NCBI RefSeq assembly: GCF_964204645.1
Contig: NC_134030.1
Location: 15,748,110-15,812,109 of the forward strand
Direction: 5' to 3'
Source: Tubulanus polymorphus
Lineage: Eukaryota; Animalia; Nemertea
DNA: 64,000 nucleotides
Part shown: piece after piece, positions 1 to 10,700 of the stretch
How the letters are laid out: the number at the start of each line of letters is the position of its first letter
How positions within the stretch are numbered: position 1 is the first letter of the stretch
Program-made: the position numbers and the translations under genes
The notes under the pieces: model-generated
The model's input: the letters and a program-made list of their open reading frames with translations, nothing else
Told to the model about the DNA's origin: nothing
Database searches by the model: none

Positions 1-55
1 GTCATATTTTACATATTTTGTCGGATATTTTTGTAGAAAAATAACTTTGAACTTT

Positions 56-550
56 TGTCACCCTGATATAATTTGCATATTTCATAATCATATAGATCTA
101 CAATGTCATATCGAACAGTTCATAACATTTCATAGCTCTACTACATATTAATAATAATAATATAATATAACTTATGATTATAGTGTCAATATGTGCTTTA
201 AGGTCGTAATCAACATGTGACATTACTCAACATGTTTTCACGATAATTAGCTATAGTCAGTGCTCATCGATAATTAATTAATGTCTCTCAAACATGTCAC
301 TAGGTGTTTGTTTGTGAGTCCTGATGTCTACAACTTGTCTGACACCTAGTTCTCACATTATACTCATGATTCTGTATATAAAGACTATGTAAGGCTATGA
401 TAATCATTCTCATTCCGGGATGCAATAAAGATTGTACATAGGCCTATAAGGTTTAACTGCCTTGTTGTTCCTGATGGATGGAATCCTGTACCGCTGGTGT
501 AAATGCTAGTCACCCAGCCAGCTTGCCGATACAACAACCAGCCGGTTACA
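56..550 (+). repeat. 5' LTR
   Basis: Near-identical to 1671-2165 (about 3 substitutions and 2 small indels by eye). Confidence 0.92.
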
Positions 551-1670
551 CAAATTTAAGTCCTCGTGACTTGCACAAGTACAGATGAAGCTGTTAAACT
601 ATTGGTTGTGACTGGAACGTTGACCTCACGAGAAGATCGTATTCAACTGCACCTGTGACGAGATGGCCGTACTGATCGTGAACATTGCTGCTGTTTCAGT
701 GGATACAATGCAGTTGCTTCTTTGTCTCGAATTAGTGGTCAGATGAACATGATAGAAAATTATAGGAATTTGGATATAAGATACTACCGTACGATCAAAA
801 AAGTTATCGCCGGTTTAAATAGTATGATTCACGATTCTTTTTTTCTAGGCATCTAGTTCCAATCAGCATAAATCAATTTTAGTTTCATTTCGTACTATAA
901 GTATTAGAATACGGAACACTTCTCAGGGGATATGTCTAAGGTTAATTAGTCAAATTCATCTACTTACAGGACAATGCGTATCTATACTTTTTTCGCAACA
1001 AACTATTTCGACTATACTAAAGGTTTAATCAGCAATTTTCATTTTCGTAGGTTCATATTTTTTGTTTGTTAGTAGGCCCTATAACTAAAACATGAAGATG
1101 AATTGGTTGAATTTTTATGTGGACAAATATATAATCTCAGTTACACCTGGCCACTTATTTTGGATGATGATAATTTTTTCCTTTTGGTTGACAAGGGTAA
1201 CTGTATTTGTGTTGTGTCATTGCCTGAACTCTGCTCTGATGTCGAATGTTGCATGTTACTATCATTGTGTCACGAAGTTATTTCCAGTCAGTAATCGAAA
1301 GATCTTCAAAACAGAGAAATGCGTAGGCCTACTACTTGCAACTTGCATCACCAACTGATCTTCGGGACGCTATAACTACACAACACGTCGCTACTTCTGT
1401 TCGTCGCAGAACCAACCAGAATTCGGGGATCCTCTGCAGATCATTCAAAATCACAGTTAACGTATTATCGCATCGTCCGTAAATAACTACAACATGTGAC
1501 TCTTTCGTGAATGACTGAGAATCCGGCCGTTACTGTCCAGCGTTTGCACATTTTCGCGCGGTGAAAGTCAATCTTTCATGTTTTCGCGATGGAAGGAGTT
1601 TTGATGAACTTATAGTATCTGCGTTTTCCGCAAATTTGGAGGACCAAATTTAATTGGACAAGAGGGCATC

Positions 1671-2165
1671 TGTCACCCTGATATAATTTGCATATTTCAT
1701 AATCATATAGATCTACAATGTCATATCGAACAGTTCATAACATTTCATAGCTCTACTACATATTAATAATAATAATAATAATATAATATAACTTATGACT
1801 ATAGTGTCAATATGTGCTTTAAGGTCGTAATCAACATGTGACATTACTCAACATGTTTTCACGATACTTAGCTATAGTCAGTGCTCATCGATAATTAATT
1901 AATGTCTCTCAAACATGTCACTAGGTGTTTGTTTGTGAGTCCTGATGTCTACAACTTGTCTGACACCTAGTTCTCACATTATACTCATGATTCTGTATAT
2001 AAAGACTATGTAAGGCTATGATAATCATTCTCATTCCGGGATGCAATAAAGATTGTACATATAAGGTTTAACTGCCTTGTTGTTCCTGATGGATGGAATC
2101 CTGTACCGCTGGTGTAAATGCTAGTCACCCAGCCAGCCTGCCGATACAACAACCAGCCGGTTACA
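1671..2165 (+). repeat. 3' LTR
   Basis: Near-identical to 56-550. Confidence 0.92.
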
Positions 2166-2344
2166 CTTTACCAAGATGAGATCGTCGATCAATGAAATTC
2201 AATGAAATTTTATTGCTAGCCATGATTACGTATTTGAAGTCAAATTTTTTTTTAACAGAATATCCGGAGAATATGACCTTAGAAGGTATTTATTACTGAT
2301 ATAATATGATTTAAAATGTTAAAATCGATAAGGAATAAATAAAT

Positions 2345-5123
2345 GTGACCCGTGCTGTGAATTCTAGGCACAACTTTTTTTCCACGAAAATGAGATAACT
2401 CCTGAAACATGTTCTACAGAAAGAGGGCTTTCAAACAAACTTTAAATGGTGTTGATATCTCAACCCAATCCCAAATTATAGCATTTTGAATGTCGAAAAA
2501 GACAGAAATCCAGTTCTGAGAAAAACGCAATTAAAGTTATGTATTAAAGTTATTTATTAAATTGAAGTTGTTGTTCAGTTATTTCCATTCTTATACATCA
2601 AATTTGATCAGGTACAGGGCATACAAGGTCTTTTTTATCATCTGATACATATTCCCTGATATCAGTATACAAATATAACTGCCTTTCCGCAGACAAGCCT
2701 GGTGGTGGAAGAACTGGCGGCATGGGTCCGAGATTCGTTATTGAGCCGTTCCGTTTTTTCAAATCAAAACATGACAGAATTGGAATCAGAATATTCCTTT
2801 GCTTCCATTATTGTGGATCCAGATTTGAAGGCAAAAGAATGGTGTTTTTTAATCCCCTCAAATTTCCTAAACAGCGGGGAGAAAAAATTTACCCAGTCGT
2901 AAGTTGACGCAAACACCCGACCAGACTCGTCGCCTACCAGCTGGGCGATATTAAGGCCAGTATTACTACTACAATGAACTACTTTTTCAATATCTTCAAA
3001 GCAGTCTACCTTTGTTCTTTTAAATAATCTTTTGAACAGACCGAATGACCAGTCTACACTAAATTTAGTGTGTCCAACAGGCATAAAGTTATATGATATC
3101 GACTGATGGCGGCCAGTGGCACAACGCCAAGCAAAATACCATAATACGTAATTGTTCTTGTTTTGACCAGAGCAGTTATCTGCATGAACAGAGACATGTT
3201 TTGTCAGGGTTGCAACACGACTATGGGTCGCTCCACACGCAATCACATATTCATCATATACCTTCTTTTTTGAACAATCAGTTGGGAGCAAGCGTAAATC
3301 ATCTCGTTTATAGCCTGGAATACGCCCAGGCAAATCAATTGCATGGGTCTCGGCATAGTTTAGTATGAAGGTCACTATGATTTTCCTATCCTCAAATGAA
3401 AGTGTATGCTTAGGTAATTTTTTACTGTTCTTATGAATTCTTGGAGTGATCCCTTTGTCCTCATAATGCTTTATCAACTCAGTAAATGTTTGCCGGCTTA
3501 TACAGTTAACATAACAAAACATATCTCGACAAACAATTTTCCCTTCATGAAACCAAGTTGAGCGATTTTTTGTCCTTTCTTTCTGATCAGGGCGTCGCGT
3601 ATTTTGCGTAAGATTACTCATGTGCCGACAGCAAGCTATTTTTGCCAGTATAGCTATGTCTTTTTCAGCCTTATCCAGTTCAATAAGTGCACATTTAGCA
3701 TCCTGTAAAAATTTCTCTGCATATCGAGTTTGGCAGGGTTTACCATCGTTATGTTTACACCTCTTACAAATACGATTTGGATCGATGTTTACAACATTAG
3801 GTGGATTAGACTTTTTTCGCCGTAAGGGTTCTGTTTGGTGATTTTCTCCCAATGGTTCGGCTATTAGCTGTTCAAATTGTAGATTTTCTATTATAGGCCG
3901 CTCTGAAAAATAGAATGGGTTTCATTTTGAATATTGTATGAAAGATTTGGTCAAGCCAAAACCCACTAGGGACAGGGTAGGCCATACCCTCCAAACTAAA
4001 ATTCGCCTGATGATCATTCCAATCAACCAGATAGCTTTAGCCCTGGGCGTACATATGTATTTTTAAACAGCTGCCCAACTTTATCATTGATGAACAGGTA
4101 CAATGTATTGTGAATAGCCGATCATTCCATTTTGTCTGGTGTGCTTTCTGAATCTGGGCTACATTAGTGTGGAAAGGAGCCTCTCTGTCTCACTTTGTAA
4201 TAAAAAACACTCACCTATTTCTATGTTTTCAAGTTCAATTTGATTTGGTGGGGCTTCAGTCTCATCTTCAGTAACAACATGTCCCATCTGAGGCTGTGAT
4301 GTCTCCTCATTGACGACATCGTCATCACTTTCTTCTTCTCCAGACTCACATCCACTACTGGATGACGTGCATTGATCATCGTCACTATCAGCAAAATAAT
4401 CACCAATAACATCAGTCCAATTATTTTGGTCAGCCTCTGACATCAAGTTTAAAGAACTGAGTTCATTTAGATACTTTGCAACTTGTTTACAGCGACCTTG
4501 TTTACAGTCAATTTCTTGATTCATGGGCGCCGCCATTGGAAATTTCAAAGTTCATAAAACGGCTCACAAAAAACTCAAATTATGTAGTCAAAATCACTAG
4601 TTACGTTACTATTCTGGCTTAATTATCACGTATAATATTTTATTCCAGTCACCTGTAGTGTTTTGATAGCTGTTTAGTCAATAAAACATGCATAATTTTA
4701 TAAAATATTGGGAAAATTTGATACCCGGAAATGACTTGCAAATTTATTGCGCACTCATTCCCATGCCATGGAATGTGTATGCGCGATGACGTCATTCGAT
4801 TGGCGCTGTGATTTCGAGTCCTATGATATGCGATACGAGGGGTGTTCCGTTTTTTTTCAAAATTTTTTGAGGATCGAAGTTTTTGCTAGTTTTATTCTAT
4901 ATTTTACGTGATGCTAAGATTATTGACATTTTTTTGGACCCCGATTTGGAGTGTTTAGAGACATAATACCGACTTTATCTATTTGTATGTTGTTTAAAAC
5001 ATCCCATAGATGGCGAAACTGGCGTTATCTCAATTTCGTCCAGGGACAGACTTTTAGTGATTAATTGCTCTTACTCAAAACAATACCCAGCGACTTGCGC
5101 CTAGAAGTCACAGCACGGGTCAC
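2345..5123 (-). mobile_element. Sola-superfamily (Sola1-like) DNA transposon
   Basis: ~30-bp TIRs GTGACCCGTGCTGTGA(A/C)TTCTAGGC. The 4-bp TSD AAAT (2341-2344, 5124-5127) fits the AWWT preference of Sola1. The element encodes a transposase with DNCSGQNKN and GHTKFSVDWSFG motifs. Confidence 0.82.
2598..4536 (-). pseudogene. Spliced Sola-type transposase, disrupted
   Basis: Exon 1 (4536-4215, acidic, donor G|GTGAGT) splices in frame to exon 2 starting at 3902 (TTTTTCAG acceptor). The ORF runs to 2764, then a frameshifted C-terminus PPGLSAERQLYLYTDIREYVSDDKKDLVCPVP ends at 2598. The abrupt RVAT/LTKHVSVHADNC join suggests an internal deletion. Confidence 0.75.
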
Positions 5124-5789
5124 AAATATACTATATTTCCTCGATACTTTCAAATCACTTTGACTTTTAACCGCCCGGAATTCTGTTTCACCAGGGTTTC
5201 CAGCAGTCCTTCCAAGTCCTTTTTAGTTGTTCTTTTGGAAAAGTTTGGACAAACATCATCTGTGTCCTTCTTTTTGACTCTAAGTCCTTCCTTTTGATGA
5301 GAAAGTCCTTCACATGCAATTTTGACGCGAATTCGACTGCTGAAGTATTCTATGGACCTGGTAATTCAATTGTCAGTGAGGTTAAGAAATAACGAAATGC
5401 AAAACGATATTACGAGAAGTTGATTTTTTTTGCGACTAGTGCTAAAGTAGGACTATGGAACAAAATACAAAGAAATGATTGTTGAAAGAATACAAGAAAT
5501 TAGGCCTATGTTCTTAAACTGGAAGTTTTTAAGCGTAGTGACATTTTGAGATGGTCCCAAAGGAACCAGAAAGTGACCTAATCAGAAATTCAAAGTGAGA
5601 GGGTTTCCAGGAAACCAATAATAAAGCCTAAGGCTTAATTTGAATATCTTGTTTCTCCGCAGCGCCCGGGTCATTTTGTGAATTCCAATACAATTTTTTG
5701 ATCAGTTCGTTTCTATAGCTGCTGGGTCTGTTATTGTATGCCTGATCATGGTTTAAAAGAAGTTATGTACAGGGCAGATAGGCGGCCGG

Positions 5790-6210
5790 TCGGGTCAACA
5801 TTTAAGCTCAGCAGAATAGAAAGCATCATTTGTTTAGCTTAAACACTGCAGGATATGTTTTAAAGCACAAATCGTTCTCTAATCTGTAATTTATTAATTG
5901 GTCCCTTCAAGTTGTATATGAGCATGCACAAATCATTCTCCCCGGCAGGGATCGAACATGCTGATTTCGCTAAACTCGGCCACGGCGTGGAATCCTGCCA
6001 CACTAGACAGGCTCCATGAGTCCGCTACTGAAGCGAAAAAATTACAATTTCATTTTGTACTTCATTTCGGCAGGACCCCCGAAAGAATGGCCATTTCATT
6101 TTGTAGTTAAGCATTTCGGTTGTACTTAAGCATTCGTAATTTCGTTTCATATTTAGTAATTTCATTTCATATTTCGTAATTTCGTAGTTTTGTTCTTTAG
6201 AAGTACCCAT
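5790..6210 (-). repeat. Dispersed repeat with tRNA-like (SINE-type) head; second copy at ~25706-26130
   Basis: The two copies are clearly similar. Pol III B-box GTTCGATCC/GTTCAAATCC on the minus strand, next to an ATTTCGT-rich tract. Confidence 0.55.
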
Positions 6211-6223
6211 ATGAATCAACCTA

Positions 6224-7440
6224 CTGTATTTTCCGGTGTGTAATGAGTTTTTGAGACCAAAAATCATGTCCAAAAAACATAGGTCGACTTATACACCAAC
6301 TACACGTTCAAGGTTGCCATGATGAAATGGAATATTAATTCATGTTAGGCTACACACGAATACCAATTAGAATTTAGGATTTGATAAGATAGTTTCTTAT
6401 AATTTGGAAATGTTTCAAAATTAACTGATGTTAAAATCAAATGAGAAAGAAAAGCGCGCGTGTATCATTGCACAGCATTTTATATAAGCCGCGCTGCTGT
6501 GGCAATATACACAGCAGTCTAATATTATATAAACAGGGTTCGTCGCAGGCAGTGAAAGCAGTGAATAGCAGCGAATTGAAAAAAATCTATTCACGGCTGT
6601 TAATAGCAGTGAATTTTTTAGAAAGGCAGTGGAAATGGGAAAGGGGGCAGTGAATTCGGAAATGTGTTCAATTTTGTCTGAGATTGGCAATTTTAAGAGT
6701 TTCAAAAAAATATACCGACGATGTCATGCCGATGGCAATTCAATTTCATTTTATTCATTGGTGTTGTGACCATCGACGTGCCAACCAACTCAATTCAATT
6801 TTTTTCACGAGTTTTCATTTTTATGGTTGCCATGGCTACCAGGTCCAGGCACCTGTTTCACAAAATTGCAAATGGCGGTGGTTTGCGTTCAGACTTTTTA
6901 AAAATCTCTGGCCCGTTACACTGTGGGAAAATGTACATTTCAAGATTCGTGGCTTCATCATCCGGAGTACCATAGCTGGATTGAACGTGTTCCGAATTGT
7001 AGTCATAAGTTTAGATGTAGAATTTGCAAGAAATCTAACGAACTTGGAGCTGGTGGTTTCGGAGCTTTGAAGTCTCACATGAAAAGTACCCTACACCTAT
7101 CTGGTTTTTAAGCCTTATAATGAGAAGACAATCAAAAGCAGTTCATGTTTAATAAATGAATTATTATGCGAATATACCTAGTTGGTGCTTTTTGGTTCTT
7201 CAGCGGGTGTTTGATTGTTTTGGCTCTATCCGTTGTCTTTTGGTAACATGTCTTTACTAGGTAGCCAAATGGAAATTTATTCTAATTGACGCAACTATTG
7301 AAATTTTGAGATGCTCCCTCATGTAACACATGAAGAAGCGACTCGACTTATACACTGACTTAAGCCTTACTACAACTTTTTAAACTGAAAATTTTACCTC
7401 GACTTATACACCGGGTCGACTTGTACACCAGAAAATATAG
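6224..7440. mobile_element. Tc1/mariner-pogo (Tc2-like) non-autonomous element
   Basis: TA-flanked imperfect TIRs CTGTATTTTCCGGTGT.../...ACACCAGAAAATATAG with subterminal GACTTATACAC repeats. Confidence 0.65.
6534..7111 (+). mobile_element. 5' fragment of a hAT-like transposon with an N-terminal zinc-finger transposase remnant, nested in the pogo-like element
   Basis: CAGGGTTC terminus with GCAGTGAA subterminal repeats. ORF 6923-7111 (MGKCTFQDSWL...CRIC...ALKSHMKSTLH) resembles the BED-like finger at the start of hAT-type transposases. A related terminus ends at 54476. Confidence 0.55.
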
Positions 7441-7502
7441 TATGTAAATAGCAAAAAATTACTCAATTTTTTCACTTTGAAACAAGGCATTGTAACACTG
7501 AA

Positions 7503-7515
7503 GTTCATTAGTAAC
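7503..7515 (+). promoter_or_regulatory. Candidate RFX X-box upstream of CFAP45
   Basis: GTTCATTAGTAAC, ~190 bp before the putative ATG, resembles the GTNRCC-N-RGYAAC X-box typical of ciliary gene promoters. Confidence 0.35.
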
Positions 7516-7703
7516 AAGATGACTGAGCGATGCGTGTCTTTTAGCTAAACAGCGCATCATTTATGTCAACTTCCACTTAAGCGAAGTCCATTTTTGCTAA
7601 ATTGCACATTGTTCTTTCTGCCTTTGGTACTAAAAAATTTGCAAAAGAGGCTTAGTTTCTCTTAAGAACTTTCAATGTATTCAATGCAGTAATAAAATCT
7701 CTA

Positions 7704-10700
7704 ATGGTATGGAATTCCGTCGGGAAACGTTTTCTTATCTAATGATTTAGCTATATATTTGTTGTTGGAACATTTCTTTTCGGAAGAGCACGGGTATGCT
7801 ATCATATATTCGTGCTTCACACACACATGAGTCACACTGACTCGGTGCTATGTGGTGTATTGATCTTTTTCTCTCAGCTACGTGTATGTGAAAAGGGTGC
7901 CTTGCGTGTGGCCTCGTTGAAGTTTGCTAAGAAAAGGCAAACGATTCAAGCAACTGCGGGCTGCTGTGGTAAACACAGACGGCAAGCGCATATACCGATA
8001 TTCTAAATCTTTAGAATAACGAGTAGTACTGGAAATCTTTATGAATTAAATATGCTGAAACTCTAGCAGTTAAGAGAGATGATGTTTAATTTTGAAAGTT
8101 CCAACAACAAATGAATAACTAAATCATTAAATTGAGAACGCTTTCTGATGAAATTCAAGAAATGATTTTATTTAACAAAAATTAATGAGTATTTCATTTA
8201 CAGCCTGGTAGTGCAGTCAGTTCAGTGCCGAGCAGTTATGGATCGAGTGGGTCGCGACGCGCTAAAACACGTCAGTATCGTGTCATTAGTCATACGTCAA
8301 ATGTCGATGAAACTTTATTTGGAATGCCGCATCACATCCAACAACGCAATCAGATGCTAGCTGAAAAGTGGCAGAATACTGATGCCGATTCAAGCAATGT
8401 AGATTCGATTGAGAAACAGGCCCGTGATCGCAGTGCGAAACGTGGAATCAAATCGAAGAAATTGTCACCTAAAAAAGAAACGGTACAAGTTATAACAAAA
8501 GACCTCATCAGGAATCTTGTGTAAGTTCAATCCTACTTAGAATCTCAAATCTCACCCCATTTTCCCAGTGAATATCTCCTTCCTCGGCAGAGATTTGAGT
8601 GTTCTCGATGAGGGGTTTTAGCGCGATAGCCCGCCAAGCTGTGGCACTTCACCGCCGCGGCAATAAAAGATACCCCATGCTTAGAAAAATGAGTTCATTT
8701 ACTTATCTGGCTTTCTAAGACTGTCAGGTTCACGTGCTCCATTTAATTACCGTCGCATCAATAATTATATAAACACAGACTTCATAGCTCCATGTCACCT
8801 AGTAAAGACTCTTTTTGTCAATAAGTGCATGGTTTTGCGCGAGCGTGTGCTGAACTACCCGTGGTATAAATATCCAGGGATTTCTCTGTGCATTAAGTAT
8901 AAAAAACAGCAATGCCAAAAAAGGTCACACCGCTGCACCGAGTGCTTGCTGAATAGACGACCCAGCAGCCTCAATTTTTCTAGTCTACTATCGAGATAAA
9001 ACATTATCATCATAACTTATCAAAGTCATGATTATTTGCATGTCCCTTTAAGAGGTTAAGTTTGTAGTGTTAGAAAGCTCAGTTGAAATTCCTTTGATTA
9101 TTATAATAACTAAGATTTTCTGACATTCGTCTCTTGTGATTCAAAAAGCTGCCATTTTAATTTTTCCGTCGCAAATCACACAATCAGACTGAAATCAGTC
9201 CAGATACTTAATTCTCGTGATCTGCTTCATCTCACGCTTTTTCACAAGCCGTTATTATGTTCCATCAGTATAACTTCTGTTTGGTTGATAATTTCAACAA
9301 TGTTACCTATTTATTGTTTCAAAGCTGGGCATTAATTAATACGTTGACGCCATCACATCATGTTCGCGTCCCGACAATGCAATAATTAAGTTTTCTATAA
9401 TTCCCTCAATCGTGATTAGCATGGCACAGCTGGTCAGAAAACCCATTATCGTTGCTTTGCAGCAACATTATTCGTTTGATTTTCTTTTAAAGTGTTCCAT
9501 CAGAAGATCCATCAGGACAGTCAGTGATATTATCACGATCAGATTTCGAGCGAATAATGAAATCATGTCGTGTTTTAACAAAAGAAGAACGTGAGGCTCA
9601 AGCAGAGCGTATTAAAAAAGAGAAAGAGTCTCTTCAGGTATTCAGCTTAATAAACCCTTGACTTCCTTTTGAAAATTTTGAACAAGAAAATCATCGTGAC
9701 AAGGTGACTGGCACATTAAGTGAAATTTTCCAAAAAATCTATATCCTTCACAGTTGCTTCCGCTTTCAGTGCCCATTACAAAAGTAATATAGAGAAATTC
9801 TGCATAATACTACTGGATCGGACCTCGTTGAAAATGAACGATACAATGATGATCTCTGATGAACATTTGATGTGTTTTGAGAAATCCATATATTTCATTC
9901 TAGGATGCATGTTCAGAACGTAAAAATCAGATGAAAATTTTAGACATCAATCGACGAGAAAATGAACCATTGAATGACCTTGAAGAAGAGGCACGAGAAA
10001 AATCTGAACATCTCCTTGAAAGAGCAAATGAACAGAGGCAAGAGCAAGAGGATGAAATTAAATATCTGAATGAGGTACATTTATAACCAACTCGTGGGGC
10101 CACTTTGCAGGCGGCAATTTGCCACAAAATTCATCTAGAGGGCATGATAAATTAGTGTGCAGTTGTGGTATTTGTTGGCGATTTTAAATCGCCAACAAAT
10201 ACCACAACTCCACCCTTAATTATAAGTTGTTGATGATTAGCGCCTATAAAAATGCGTTGAATTTTGAGGAAGCTGCTTGTATTGTCTGTTATATCTCAAT
10301 GCCAGATTGTTTTACAGCTTTGAAACTGGCCAGGGAGGTAGAAGGATCTATTGTCTATTGCATAAGCCTATTTCAAAGAATCAACGAGTAATTTGGATTG
10401 ATAACATCGAAAGTATTTCAAGCAAAGAATTGAAATTATTCCTGCAGCTAATTCTGTCTAAGATTCATCAGTTCATGAGTCAAAATATCCTCATAATTAG
10501 ATCTAACCATGATCTTACTTACTGTCACTAAATGATAATCCAAAACGATGATTTATACATTCATGTTCCTTGCTGTCTACTAGAGGCATTCTGTATGAAT
10601 TCAAATGCCAAATGGATATAAAATGTATAAGTTACAAGAGCAATTCAACTTGTATACACTGAACAAGCGCGTCTACATCAAAATCATCAATTCTGACTAG

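Larger units (their letters stand above)
56..2165 (+). mobile_element. Non-autonomous LTR retrotransposon (TRIM/LARD-like, probably Ty3/gypsy-dependent)
   Basis: Two ~495-bp direct repeats (56-550, 1671-2165) with TGT...ACA ends and a 4-bp TSD CTTT (52-55, 2166-2169). The LTR contains TATA-like TATATAAA and AATAAA. A purine-rich tract GGACAAGAGGG precedes the 3' LTR. The 1.1-kb interior has no gag/pol ORF. Confidence 0.9.
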
